A DNA stretch of 63,559 nt, the filler included, from Nemertoderma westbladi (taxonomy: Eukaryota; Animalia; Xenacoelomorpha), in the NCBI GenBank assembly GCA_032718475.1. It is 3 parts of 3 records of this genome, joined end to end, with 100 filler letters (N's around TTAATTAATTAA, not from the genome) between each part and the next. Parts side by side here need not be neighbours in the genome. Positions count along the whole stretch, not along the records: positions 27,276 to 49,828 come from JAUCBJ010003700.1; 2 more parts are not named here. One strand, 5' to 3'. The notes under the pieces were generated by a model, which was not told the origin of the DNA, ran no database searches, and was given only the letters and a program-made list of their open reading frames with translations. Each line of letters starts with the position of its first letter. Within the stretch, counting starts at the first letter, position 1. The translations under genes and the position numbers were made by a program. This document shows positions 37,213 through 49,928 of the stretch, piece by piece.

Positions 37213-38920
37213 AGTGCATTTTTCTATCGCCAAAGTTCTCAAAGCCATGAGTAAATTACCATCTAAATACAGCCATTGTCCTGATGGTATTCCTTCGGCT
37301 TTTCTAAAACTGTTGAGGTATAAATTTGCAGCACCACTCAGTCATCTATTTCAAGTCTCTCTAGATTCTGGCTCCGTTCCAGCAATCTGGAAATGTGCGG
37401 ACATAATTCCGTTATTCAAAAACAAAGGTAGGCGCTGTGACGCTGTAAATTACTGGCCAATTTCACTAACCTCTTCAGTTTGCCGTCTTTTTGAACGTAT
37501 ATTGGTGCTCGAACTAGTTGATTACGTGTTGGTAAATAACCTCCTGTCAATGCGCCAGTTTGGTTTCTTACGGAAGCGAAGCACAGTTTTACAATTAATT
37601 GACTGTACTTATCATTATTGGTCTAATAATAGCATAAATAAACGAAACTTTACTGATGTTGTGTATATTGATTACTCTAAGGCCTTTGACAGTGTGGTTA
37701 TAAATAAACTTCTGACTAAACTTCAGAGTTTTGGTATAACTGGTAATGTACAGTACTAAATTGGTTTAGTTGTTTTTTAAATAATAGAACTCAACGTGTA
37801 AAAATTAGAAATATTTTCTCACAATATAGGCGTGTGAAATCTGGTGTACCCCAAGGATCCTGTAGTGGTCCATTATTATTCATTATGTTTATAAATGAAA
37901 TGCCCGACATTTTTACCAGTGATAATTGTACCCGGCTCTTTGCTGACGATACAAAGCTTTTTGCTTCCTTTTCGACTAACCAAGTACGAAAATTATTACA
38001 GTGCAATTTGGATCTATTTTATGATTGGTCTAACACATGGCAACTGAATATTGCCAGTGATAAATGTAAAGTATTAACTATTGGTAAATGTTTCGAAAGT
38101 GCGGAATATAATATTGGTCTAAATATACTAGGTAACGTCTGTTCTCATGGTGACCTTGGTGTTGAAATGGACACAAGGTTATATTTTCAAGCTCATATTT
38201 TAAATGCATATCTAATATATATTTTAAATTCATATTCTAAATGCTATAATACCATTAATATATTATTTAGATGTTTTTCCACAAATGATATAAGTGCAAT
38301 ACTGTTGGCATACAAAGTTTATGCAAGACCGATTATCGAATACGCAAGTACAGTATGGAACCTGTTAAGAAATTGTCGTCTTTTCATAGGCTTGTGCGAT
38401 AAAATATAATCAGTGCAGGGGTACATTACTAGGCGCTTATTTCTGCGTTGCTCTCTTGATTCAAGTACTTCGTACCCCAGTGGCCAGTAGGTTACAGTAC
38501 CGGTATTACTACTGTATAGTATACTATAAGGTACCAGTTACAGTACCGGTATTACTATAGTATACTATAAGGTACCAGTTACAGCACCTAAATCTGGATC
38601 CACTTGAATTACGTCGCATACATTTTGATATGATCCTTGTATATACAATTTTCAGTGGCTTAGTAAATATCCGTATCACTGATATTTTTCAACCTGTTAT
38701 GTCCACACGTGAAACCCGCGGCCATCGTTTTAAATTGCATCAGGTACCGTGCATATCTGTAGCTATTCAAAACACCTTTTGCCATCGGGTGGTGCCGATA
38801 TGGAACTCATTGCCAGAAGCCAGAAAGTGTCGTCGCGTCTGCTTCTTTAGAAACTTTTAAAACAAATATTTTAACCATTGATTTTAATTCCCATCTTAAA
38901 TATAACCGTTTTATGTGATT
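37213..38920 (+). mobile_element. CR1-clade LINE ORF2 remnant with stops and frameshifts
   Basis: PDGIP, WKCADIIPLFK.KG, NY.PISLTS, QFGF, YIDYSKAFDSV, SGVPQGS..GPLLF, LFADDTKLF, DLGV, RPIIEYASTVW, TRGHRFKL, RVVPIWNSLP; small internal duplication at about 38488-38585. Confidence 0.9.
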
Positions 38921-39346
38921 TTGCGTTTTATGAGATATAACCGAACTGTTTTATAATGTGATTTGTACGTATGTATATGTATAATATGTAGCATTACTTA
39001 TTTGTGATTCTATATTTTAAATTGCAATTTTAGCCATAGCATAAGTCAGCACGTTATAACTGTAAATTTTATTATTTTATGCTTGTTTACATGTGTATTT
39101 ATTTCGCTGTTATGACTGTGTTGTCTCCGGACACCAAATAATATAATATAATATACTACTGTATGGCCGTTTTCCAAAAGTCTGTGTTTTTTGTCGGAAG
39201 CCAAGATATAACTAGCCAAAGTATAGTTATAATTGTCCGCTAAGATGGTTTGCAGCTTTTGCTGCACTCGTGTTATTATTAATCTGACACCTCGACGCCT
39301 ACTCCATCCGACAGAACAACAGAAACGTTTTGCTAACTGCTCTCTA

Positions 39347-39542
39347 TCTTCTATAATCACAACAGCTTTTATAATTCGTTAGATGATTACAACATAATAA
39401 TTATAGTTTGAAGTTTTCTAGAAAATTTTTCGTACACCACCGGGACTACGCCCACGCTAATGTATCAGACAGCACAAAAAGCTTTACTTGACTCATAAAG
39501 ACTCTTACGACTTGCTTCGCGGGCCGCTAGGCCCATCTCTAG
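39347..39542 (+). mobile_element. Possible short non-autonomous Helitron
   Basis: GC hairpin GGGCC-GCTA-GGCCC (39521-34) just before terminal CTAG|T; candidate A|TC 5' start at 39347 (uncertain). Confidence 0.45.
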
Positions 39543-40183
39543 TAATTTGAGGTATTCGGTTGAGAGAAAGCAATAATGTTATATACACAAAATTATTTTT
39601 AGTAATTCTTGATTATTTCTGTTTCATTGTTCTGGGTATGCCGATTAGCACATACTATCATACACAGTGCGCACGTATCCGTGAATTTTCAACCAATATA
39701 ATTTCTGTAGTAGAGTATAAGCAGCCATCGGTTACTAATAATAATATCTTGCTTACTGATGATGGTGATAATAAGTATGACCCTTCACCCTTCAGCTGTT
39801 TGTAGTTAGTTAGCCTGCGGTATCATCTTACGATTGTTTGATTGGCTATTGGCACTGGTATATATTGCCATTATCAATTTAACTTCACTTCTTTATCCGG
39901 CTACAAATATTTACTGGTCTATTGGGTTGTAGTATATTATATGTTAGGTAGGGAATATTATTTAACAAGTTGATTGACAATTATACAGTTTCTCTAACAT
40001 TTATAACTTTCAACTTCGTATTAAGAACTTCCTCTGATAAACCAGCGTCTTCCGCCTAGAAAAATTTCCAAACAGACGGGGTCAATCGTCTACATACAGT
40101 ATTAATATCACGTACCGTAAATATGATTTTGACACCCGGTGCCAAATTTAAAATTGCGCCAAAAATTACATTTAAAGTATGGC

Positions 40184-40410
40184 CGCCATACGAGTCACAA
40201 AGTAATGCGAGCGAAGGTAAAACCGTGAATAAAAAGTAGCTATTAAGTAGATAGCGGGACAATAAATGGTAAATGTATTGCAAAAATAATTAAATTATTA
40301 CAATAATATATAATTTTTGCAAAACATTTACCTATCCCGCTATCTACTTAAAAGCTACTTTTTATTCACGGTTTTACCTTCGCTCACATTACTTTGTGAC
40401 TCGTATGGCG
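40184..40410. repeat. Long near-perfect inverted repeat (about 100-bp arms)
   Basis: CGCCATACGAGTCACAAAGTAATG...GATAGCGGGA pairs with TCCCGCTATC...CATTACTTTGTGACTCGTATGGCG around an AT-rich loop. Confidence 0.92.
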
Positions 40411-40568
40411 ATCGATCGTCCCGCATCTACTTAATTGATATCAGCATTAATGCTAAAAAGTAGCTTTATATTATATTATCTGAACCCCAGTCGTGAATCT
40501 CAAATCTTCTTCAGTATTTTGGTAATATTATTTATGTTATTCATTTATTTTTTCCAGATTATTTTCAG

Positions 40569-40804
40569 AATTAAACTTGCCAGGCAGTTGGGCCACCACC
40601 GATGCTGTTATGGAATACCGACCAGTGAAACGTGTTATTTACATTGGGGCCTTGTTCCCTGGTAACACGTCAGACGTGGACCGATCAATCCTGAGAGTAA
40701 TCCAAAGGGCCACCCACATGGTCAACACGAAACGAGACCAGAGTAATGAATTGTTGTTGGGTCGGGAATACCATCTCACGTTTCTATGGGAATCAACGCA
40801 ACAG
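40569..40804 (+). CDS. Exon encoding the N-terminal part of an ANF-receptor/Venus-flytrap ligand-binding domain (GABA-B/class C GPCR-like)
   Basis: Pyrimidine-rich acceptors (AG at 40556-57 or 40567-68), donor CAG|GTTTGT; KRVIYIGALFP...LRVIQRATHMVN...LLLGREYHLTFLWESTQ resembles the IYIG.LFP...A...VN...LL..Y.L.....D/ST start of that fold. Confidence 0.6.
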
Positions 40805-41040
40805 GTTTGTATGGCAGTTCTTTAGGTCTTCGCTATATGCAACGGGTCTGTCATTGTGCCAATTATTGCTGAACACATCCATTGCTATGGATATGAATGT
40901 GGCTCGACAAAAAAGTACGTAAATTGGAAATTTTATCAAAAGTCTACTATATCCACAGCCAACGACCAAATCGAAATTCAATTCAAATCAGCAATTCTGT
41001 GACATGGTTAATTTCATTCGTATGCTATTTTCGATTATAA

Positions 41041-41307
41041 CAGCCGCCTCCACTTTGCAGGACATTGCTTTCGCCGTGAGGACCAGCCAGTGCATAATCT
41101 TGTACTTTGGCAGCTTCATGGAATAAATAAGCATGGTGGACAGCCCATGACTTTCTTGAGACGCATCTTAAAGGACATTGGCCTTGAAGATGCGGATGAT
41201 CTAGCAAATTCCATGGGTGATAGGGAGTTGTGGCGGCGCAATATTGTCGTCAAGCCGACACAGCATTCTTAATGCAGCTGCATTGCTGCATGCCGATCGT
41301 AGTAGTA
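41041..41307 (+). mobile_element. RTE-clade LINE 3' fragment
   Basis: Same sequence as the 3' end of 43535-45173, with a (TAG)n tail. Confidence 0.87.
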
Positions 41308-43534
41308 GCATTTTCGATAATGTTGAAACCTGTAGACTGTTTGTTACCCGTATGTCTAGGACTAGATTAACCACCCCGTCTCCATCGCCGCGGTAGGTTA
41401 GGTTAGGTAGTTCTCCCATCTCGCAGGCTATCTAGATCGCTTCCTAGGTTCTCGCTACACAAACAACGGTACAGCGATAAGATTATCGAATTAATAATGA
41501 ATATATCCGTGTGGTTCCATCGTCGTTCCATCCGACAAATTACAAAGCAAAGAGAAATCAGTCGTTTGAAGGAGTGATAAGATGTAAATCATCTCACATT
41601 AGATATGGATTTTATTCATCTATTTAACAATTCAGAGATTTAAATCAAGAATCTTACTGATTGTAATGGAATTTATCAAGACGAAACAACACAAATTTCA
41701 TGAATTGATATCGCCAAAATAAATAAAACTTTCCGGAAATCCATATTGTTGTAATTTTGACGTTGAAGAATTTACTTACAAACATGAGAGCAGCTCAGAA
41801 TGTATGTTGGGAGATCTTGCCTCCTTCCCAACCTCAGTTGTCCCTAAAGTTATAGCTGAATTACCTATTTACGCAGGGCCGGTTTTAAGGGGGGGGGGGG
41901 GGGGGGGGGTACAATGATACAAATTGTATAAAAATAGCCATCCAGTCCATAAGGGAACCGAAATCAAATAATTTTATGACGTCACTATCTTTTTAAAGAG
42001 AAATCTCCTTACGATGAATCATTCAAGGAAAATCTTATCGAAACAATTTACAACAACCAACGGGCGCCCCTAATGCAGCTCTCCATCGGTCAAACCGCAT
42101 TTTATTATCGCAAAGGCAATCTTATACTGCAAACTAAAGCCAATAAACCGTTGCGCCCGAGTGCCTGAGGCACCGTGCTCGTAAGGCCATCATCGTGAGT
42201 AAACATTTGCATTATTTTCTTATCTAATCCGAGTACTTGCTACTGTATCTAGATATAACAATGAGCAATCCAAAGAAAATAATTTTCCTCACTTTAATTA
42301 TCTGATCATTGATGAACCCATTTGCACGTTGTAACTTCCACATCAAAGATAGATTTGGGAAGCCATGAAACCCGATATTATAATTATATGCCTATTAAAT
42401 CGAATTGAGTTACCCCCTCCTCCGCAGCGTCAGTGAGTCCCGTAAGCCTAGAGAGATATCCTTGCCTTGATCTGATTATATTACATATGTATTAACGTAA
42501 GCCATGCGTGGCGGCGGGTGCCGCATCTCAGCAAAATGATAGAATCCTACAATAGCTAAAATATAGGGATGAAAGCCTGTGTTAGCATTGGGGTACTGTG
42601 TGTCTATAAAAGTTAGCTTTGTTTTTTTTAATGGACTTTGTATCGTCTTACCTAACATGGACGCATTTACTGTAGCTTCAGGGATATTTATTCACCATTG
42701 CTGTCGATGTAAATTATTTTTTATAAAGGTTATTTCTTATTAACTATTCGCTGTATTGTAGTCTCTGACTATGATTATATGGCAATAGTATTTATTAAAA
42801 CTTATGAATTATACATTTATATTGATCGGTGGCTTTATATACAGTATATATGCTACTTCCCGGGAGACAGCTAGGGGGGAAACTGGACGCAAATCCCATC
42901 TTTGCGAATTAATATCCCGCCTTAATGTTAATTTCTCAATTTAGGGAAAGGAGTAGGTTACAGTGGCACGTTAATTTTACCAAAACAATACACTAAACAC
43001 AATAGAACAGGTTACAGTTTTGATTTTTTGGAGTTGGTTTTGAGGGGTGGAATTGACGAGGAGCATGACCTACTATATATATAATAAGTAGGTAATGCCA
43101 GGAGGTAACATTTTTTTTCTTTTATTGCTTTATTTCAAATGGAATGAACATATTTTAGTCGAGCGCTATCTGTCAATCATGATACATGTTCCCCCGAGAA
43201 AAGGAACGCCTCATCTTAATTAATATTACTGTGACCAACTACAACAATATTCAACAATGTAAAATACTAGCCGTTGAATTATATATAACTAGAGCAGTTG
43301 TATTCCAACTCACTGGAATTACACGATGGCATCAAATATTTACTCGAGACACCAATTCCATCTCCGTGTACAAGTCCTCAATTTACGTAATAAAGGGAGT
43401 AAAAATATAGTTCATGTTCACGCACTGGCATTGTTATTATTAATTACAGTTCAATTACCTTTCACAAAACTTCCATGGTGTATTTGGAGCTATAATATGG
43501 CGTAAGCCAACCAACCACCAAGGTTAAGGCTGAA

Positions 43535-45173
43535 TCACCGGCCGATCGCCTCAATGGTTGGAAGGCCCACTTTGAAAAGCTCCTCAATAATGACAGGGTA
43601 TTTATTGCCTGATAACTTTATAGAAGTAAACGTGTCTGAGTCTCTACTCCCAGATATTCCCATTGGCGATATCTCCTTTGCAGAAGTTAAGGCTGCTGCA
43701 AAGGGCATTAAGTCCAATCGTGCCAGTGGAGTAGATGGTGTCCCCCGTGGGGTCTTTAAAATACCTGAGTGTTTAAAGCTTATCTATCCCATCATAGTAG
43801 ACATGTACCGAACATCAAGAGTCCAGAAAGAAATGAAAACAAATACAAATAAGTCAGGGATCCCATCGAGGGACTGCTCCGTGGAAATCAGAATGAGTTC
43901 CGTAAAGGTCGTGGGACCATGGAGCCCATTTTGGTACTTAGAAGGATAATTGAAGAGTTATCAAAAAAGAATGACAGGCATCTGGCTGTTATCTTTGTTG
44001 ACTTCTTCAAGGCCTTTGATTCAGTCTCTCGCTCACGTATGTTCAGCATACTTTCATTATATGGGATTCCTGATGAAATTATTGCAGCAATCAGATCAGT
44101 ATACGATGGTTCGACAACATTTGTGTCTACTGTTGACGGTGACACAGAACCATTTGAAGTGTTATGGGGCGTCCTCCAAGGAGACACACTTGCGCCATTC
44201 TTGTTCATAATTGTGGTTGACTATGTTCTACGCATGTCCTTAGATCATCATAATGATGATGAGGTGATGATAACTCCACCTACTGGCTCCAGAAGTCGAG
44301 GAAATCCTGCCAAGTACCTAACTGATCTAGACTTTGCTGATGACTTAGGAGTACTCTCAGAATCGCTAGAGGGAGCCCAACGCCTCCCCTGCTCCTTAGA
44401 ACAGGCTGCTTCTAGTGTTGGTCTTTTTGTTAACTCTAAAAAGACCAAAGTTTTGACAGTTAACTTTGAAAATCCTCAGCAAGTCTCTGACCGGATGAGC
44501 ATAAGCTCAAAGGATGGTATACTTGAGCATGTGGACGACTTCTGTTACCTGGGTTCATGGATCCGGAGGTCAGGTGAAGACCTTCGAATGCGTAATGGAA
44601 AGGCATGGGCAGCCTTGAATAGGCTTTCTAGGATTTGGAAGTCACATAGAATTATTCGGAAACTTAAGGTCCGATTATTTAGAGCAGCAGTAGTTCCAGT
44701 GGGCAGTTCCTGTTCCAGTTCCAGTTCCAGAGCCCATGCTGGGTTCTAACTGCTGAGGACACCAAATCTCTGGATGGCACATTCACAAGAATGCTCTGCC
44801 GGGTTCACTGTGTCAAGTACAATCCACACATCTCCAACCAGACACTATATAACATTGGAGGTGTCTCATTGGTTCCCCCAAGCTTGACACTAGAACAAAG
44901 CCGCCTCCGCTTTGCAGGACATTGATTTCGCCGTGAGGACCAGCCAGTGCATAATCTTGTGCTTTGGCAGCCTCATGGAGTGAATAAGCATGGTGGACAG
45001 CCCATGACTTTCTTGAGACGAATCTTAAAGGACATTGGCCTAGAAGATGCGGATGATCTAGCAAATGTCATGGATGATAGGGAGTTGTGGCGGCGCAATT
45101 TTGTCGACAAACCGGCACAGCATTCTTGAAAATGTAGCATGCATTGCATGCATTCTAGTAGTAGTAGTAGTAG
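43535..45173 (+). mobile_element. RTE-clade LINE, 5'-truncated and internally deleted, with (TAG)n tail
   Basis: RASGVDGVP, FVDFFKAFDSVSR, GVLQGDTLAPFLFIIVVDYVLR, DLDFADDL, KKTKV, DFCYLGS, RLRFAGH; TAGTAGTAG tail at 45156-45173. Confidence 0.92.
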
Positions 45174-45176
45174 TAA

Positions 45177-46293
45177 TAGTTGAGTCAATCTAGCAAAAAA
45201 CCCATAAGTATTTCGCAATCAATCCGAACCACACATTTTGGACTCTATATTACCTTATTAATGACCAAAAAAAAGTCTATAAAATTTTATTTTGCGGATC
45301 ATATGTTTATTCATGGAAATTCTGCGTACATTTGCATAACACAAGCCAAACAAAAGGAACAGTAGGGAAAAGTACCTTATTAATGACCAAAAAAAAGTCT
45401 ATAAAATTTTATTTTGCGGATCATATGTTTATTCATGGAAATTCTGCGTAAATTTGCATAACACAAGCCAAACAAAAGGAACAGTAGGGAAAAGTAAGTA
45501 GCAAATTGGTGATATTCCAGAATAATTTAATTAATTTCACAATAAGCTGTGATTCAATGGGATATTAGTAATATTTACACTGGCGTGTTACACATTAATT
45601 GCTATATCTCGGTAACTAGAAGTCGCATCAAATTTTTAAATATATCAAAAACTTCACGATATATTAAGGTAACCGTTGTAACAAAATCAGACAATTCCAC
45701 TGCAAGGAAATTTCTTAATTTCCTTTAATGTTAGTGAAGATTTTTCACATAATTAAATTGTGATTGCTCTATTAATTTTAGGTGTAATTTATTTATTTGT
45801 TTTAGTTTGAAAATCACAATAGTTTATCATATAACAAATAATTTTTTTGGGGATGAGGGTTTTTGAGGTCGATAAATCCGATGGGCGTGGTTACATCCAC
45901 CCGTTTAGTAGAGAAGTTGTGTAAATAAGGTCCTTATATTGTACCAGCAAAATTGGTATTAAACATGGTTAAATTATTAGACAAATTTCCGTTGCTCTGG
46001 AAACTAAATTGGTAACCATATAGAAGTGCATACTTCTGTCAATCGATAGTCATTGGAGTAAAGTTTGTTTGTACCAAATTTGGAGAAAATCCCACCACTA
46101 GACCCATTGTTGCTATGTAAAATCCATGTTGCTAAGGAAAGAAACAGCAAATTGAAAGTCATCCGCATAATATATTTTTATAGACTTTTTTGGGGGTGTT
46201 AATAAGGTAATGTAGCATAAAAAAAATTTGGTTTGGATGAATTGCGAATTTGTTATGGGTTGACCCCCTTTTTCGGCTAGATTGACTCGCCTA
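45177..46293. mobile_element. Non-autonomous Academ-like TIR element (1.1 kb)
   Basis: TAG(TT)GAGTCAATCTAGC ... GCTAGATTGACTC(GC)CTA termini with about 120-bp imperfect TIRs; 3-bp TSD TAA (45174-76 and 46294-96); internal 122-bp tandem duplication (45251/45373). Confidence 0.8.
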
Positions 46294-46397
46294 TAAGGCG
46301 TAAACATGCAGTACTACAGTACTGTAACTTATTCCCACAATCCTACCAGGTATTACTGACTGTCGCTTTATTTTCTTATTCTCTCAAGTTCCATCTT

Positions 46398-46560
46398 GAG
46401 GTAGTGGTTAAACCCGCCTTGAATGCAGGTCCTTTGGGTTCAAACAACGCAAGGGGGACTAGTGAGTTTCGTTTCAGCATGATTGCATTATATACAAGCG
46501 GGTTCATAGAGTACCGATTTAATTGCTGAATGGCTCCCGAGAAGTCGTGGAATTCATTGT
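46398..46560 (+). mobile_element. Degenerate tRNA-derived SINE-like fragment
   Basis: A-box-like GGTAGTGGTTA and B-box GGTTCAAAC at tRNA-like spacing, followed by GCTGAATGGCTCCCGAGAAGTCG, reminiscent of conserved SINE central domains. Confidence 0.4.
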
Positions 46561-47287
46561 AATTTACGTAAGGTCCCCTCCCCCCCCCCCCTGTCTCCTG
46601 TGTACACAGACGGTACAGGCAAAATAATTAATTACATCATAATTAATTATAATCATAAAATAATTATGTAGCTGTTCTTCACCATAGTAGGTATGTAACG
46701 AGAAGCTACACATAATCAATTATTTTAGTCCGCGGAACGGGTTCTGCAAAACGGATTGTACCAACATTACTGGCAAAAGGCCTCTTCCACTGGATGATAC
46801 TATTAATATAAAGTAGCATTTAAGATTAACATTAAGTAGGCCCTATTGGAAAATGAAAGAGTTTGTATACCGGTACCGCAATGCAGTTCTGACCAAATAA
46901 TATTGACGCAACTTTGAAATAAACAGAGTAAGATTAAAATAAACATACACGTAAATAAATAACATAAACACATACATACATAAATGTGGTAAACTGTATT
47001 CTCAACCTACGAATTTAAGTAATATTAACCGTGTAAAGCCTATTATATTGGAAAACACTCCAGTAAATTAAATATCATTATAAATTAAATAATGTAATAT
47101 AAATGAAAGAAAGCAGCAAATGGAATGGTGAAGTCCATTAAACTACACTCAGAACATTATGTAAAGAAAACTCACATACCTCTAGATAAATATACAGTAC
47201 ATATTGATGATCAAGTAATTTTATTTTCGCGCTGAATTATTAATGAACTCAATATTTTTATTTATACAATATTGGTCATAATCGAAG

Positions 47288-48658
47288 CTAATCCCACTCA
47301 TCATCATCTGAGAACTCATCATCGTCATCATCATCATCTTCATCACTGGAATGCACGGCTCTGCTACGAGAAGCTAAAGCATGAAGCAAAGCGTCAGCCA
47401 AGTTCCCGGTGGAAGCAGCTGAGGAAGATGAAAGAGGAGAGGGAGAAGGGTTGTCCTTCACTGACTTCAGTGATTTGCCTGCCTGTATTTGACTCAGTAA
47501 CCCGCCCCTACCGCTAGGTGGCTCCGGTTCTACCGTCCTCAGAGATTTTCCCTCCTGTATCTGACTGAGTAGCCCCCCTCTCCCACCGGACGGCGGGAGC
47601 CCCCCTGCAGAGGGGGGCGCAGGAGGGGGCGGGGGACCGCTGGCGGGGGGAGGAGGTGGGGGTGGCCCTCCCCCCATAGGGGGCGGTGGAGGCCCCCCTC
47701 GCGCCCCTCCCGCCCCCCGCAATGGGGGAGGGGGAGGGGGCGGCCCCCTGCCCCCCCGACCCGGGGGCGGGGGCGGCCTCGTATCGGGACGCCTCGACTC
47801 CCGTTTCGCCTGGTCGCTACGCACCGCTGCTACCCCACCGACGTCCGCTATAAAGTCTTTAACGAACATCATAGTGTCCGGATTCTGAATATCTTTGTCC
47901 GAGATTCCGCATTGCTGCAGCAATGCCTGCACACTTACGTCCAGATTGCTCCAATTGGATCCAGTAATCCCCTGTCCCTGCTTATCGAATCCGATGTGAC
48001 TCACGTGCTCAAACTTGCTAGGAGCGCCGATCTGGTCTTTGGTCAACTTGGGTTTGCCTCCTTTCGCCTTTTTATTCTTCTTTGTAAACCCACTCATAAA
48101 TTTGTTATCCGTGTTATCTAGAGATGGCCGACCGGGTCTGTTTGAATTTACCGGAATATTGGGCGCCTCTTCTGGAATCGCTGGAGGCTTGGTCTGCAGC
48201 ATCTGCGTTGCAGACCGACTCTTCCTGGCATCCTGACGCGAGAAGTGAGCGAGAATGGCCTCATTGAAACGATTAGCCTCGTCCACATTTGCGTAATTAA
48301 CACCGATTTGATGCGTTTCCGCTTCGAACGTGTGGAAATGCGGCAAAGGTGTATTCAATTTGAATTGTAAATAAACTTCTTGTTCAAACAATTGTTTACG
48401 ATCTATTATATCGTAGACACGAATAAAGTAGGACCTCCTTGCGATATCTCTCACGAAACAGACAACCCCGCAGCCCATCTTCACCCAGGTGCGGTTCTCA
48501 CCGCGGAACAATTGAACCACAGCGGAAGCGAGTGTGGTCCGACCCGATCCCAGCAACTCAAATAGAAGTTCATTCTCCGCTAACGATAACAAACTAGCCG
48601 TTTGATTGGAGAATTGCTTTTTAGCGTTCGTGTTCATACGCATTCGTGGTTGAGCCAT
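47288..48658 (-). CDS. WASp: Wiskott-Aldrich syndrome protein family member (WASP/N-WASP-like, 456 aa, single coding exon)
   Basis: WH1 (ENELLFELLG...AVVQLF...CGVVCFVRD...SYFIR...EQEVY), basic region, CRIB (IGAPSKFEHVSHIGFD), poly-Pro, two WH2 (GRGGLLSQIQ.GKSL..V), central helix and acidic tail ending DDEWD. Confidence 0.96.
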   Translation of the reverse strand: MAQPRMRMNTNAKKQFSNQTASLLSLAENELLFELLGSGRTTLASAVVQLFRGENRTWVKMGCGVVCFVRDIARRSYFIRVYDIIDRKQLFEQEVYLQFKLNTPLPHFHTFEAETHQIGVNYANVDEANRFNEAILAHFSRQDARKSRSATQMLQTKPPAIPEEAPNIPVNSNRPGRPSLDNTDNKFMSGFTKKNKKAKGGKPKLTKDQIGAPSKFEHVSHIGFDKQGQGITGSNWSNLDVSVQALLQQCGISDKDIQNPDTMMFVKDFIADVGGVAAVRSDQAKRESRRPDTRPPPPPGRGGRGPPPPPPPLRGAGGARGGPPPPPMGGGPPPPPPPASGPPPPPAPPSAGGLPPSGGRGGLLSQIQEGKSLRTVEPEPPSGRGGLLSQIQAGKSLKSVKDNPSPSPLSSSSAASTGNLADALLHALASRSRAVHSSDEDDDDDDDEFSDDDEWD

Positions 48659-49828
48659 CGTTGGTTATCTAAATAATATATATTATTATTTTTTGACCAA
48701 TTGTATGTTATTTATCATAAAATTGTTGGTTCTTCAATGAACGAACAATATTTTTGAGTTCAAAGGCGTAAAATGACCGCGAACACCAAATATTGTATGT
48801 GTTTAAAGGGGCAGATACTGTGTTGGTGTTTTCTAACCAAAACAATAAACGAAACTATATTTCACTTCCGGCCAATTTGCGCTGAAGATCACATTTTTCA
48901 CTTGCAGTCAATGTGCGACAGTGTCTGTTCTTGCGTTAACAAACTTTTCTGTTTCAACCCAAACTAAAATGAATTCAGTTAGTCGATCAAATCCCAAGAA
49001 TTCAAAACAATATTTATATTCAACTCTTGCGGTGATTGTATAAATGAAAATTGGAATATAAACTTGTCAATGGAGATCGAACCAGCAAACCGCAGATCGA
49101 ACCAGCAGAAATCCCAACTTATTTATAAAAACAAATATTTGTAATTATTTCATATTGGAATAATTATGTACACCCGGACATACAGTACTACTATAAAATG
49201 TGTCCGTATTTACACGCAGCCTACAGTAGGCTACAGTTAATATAAAGACGATACAAATTACTCTAGGCCTCATAAATTATTGCAGTCTTTATTTGGCACG
49301 TAATGATATATGTTTTACTTCCGCATTAAATGTCCACCATCTATTTGACGGCGGTTAATTAGTAACTTATCTTGCCCAGCAGATAACCAAGATATTTCTT
49401 AGCAATTTAATATGGGACTATTTAATTTAATGTGGAATGTAGATAACATATGTATTATAAGCAATAATAATAACAGATTGTAAAATAATAATATGTAATT
49501 ATAACATTACAATATTTTACATTCGCCGAATTGGGCCAAGTTGAGTATAGTAAACAATATTTAATAGTTTATATTCGAACAAAATGGTTGGCCATAAATT
49601 CTTAACTTCTGAACTGACATGTGACTGAATGCAATATATTTATGGTCAAGTGTTTGCGATTAAACGTCGTTACACAGTTCGCAATTAATTTATTCAATGT
49701 AAATTAACATAAATAGGTCGAAGGTCAACTTCTTCAACCACTTCGTTTATTTAGATTGACGATCATTTTTTGAACGCTACAAAATAAATAGGAGAATATA
49801 AGGGAGACTTTGTAACTGTAGGTAACTG

Positions 49829-49928
49829 NNNNNNNNNNNNNNNNNNNNNNNNNNNNNNNNNNNNNNNNNNNNTTAATTAATTAANNNNNNNNNNNNNNNN
49901 NNNNNNNNNNNNNNNNNNNNNNNNNNNN
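49829..49928. other. Scaffold gap with artificial TTAATTAATTAA linker
   Basis: N44 + 12-mer + N44. Confidence 0.97.
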
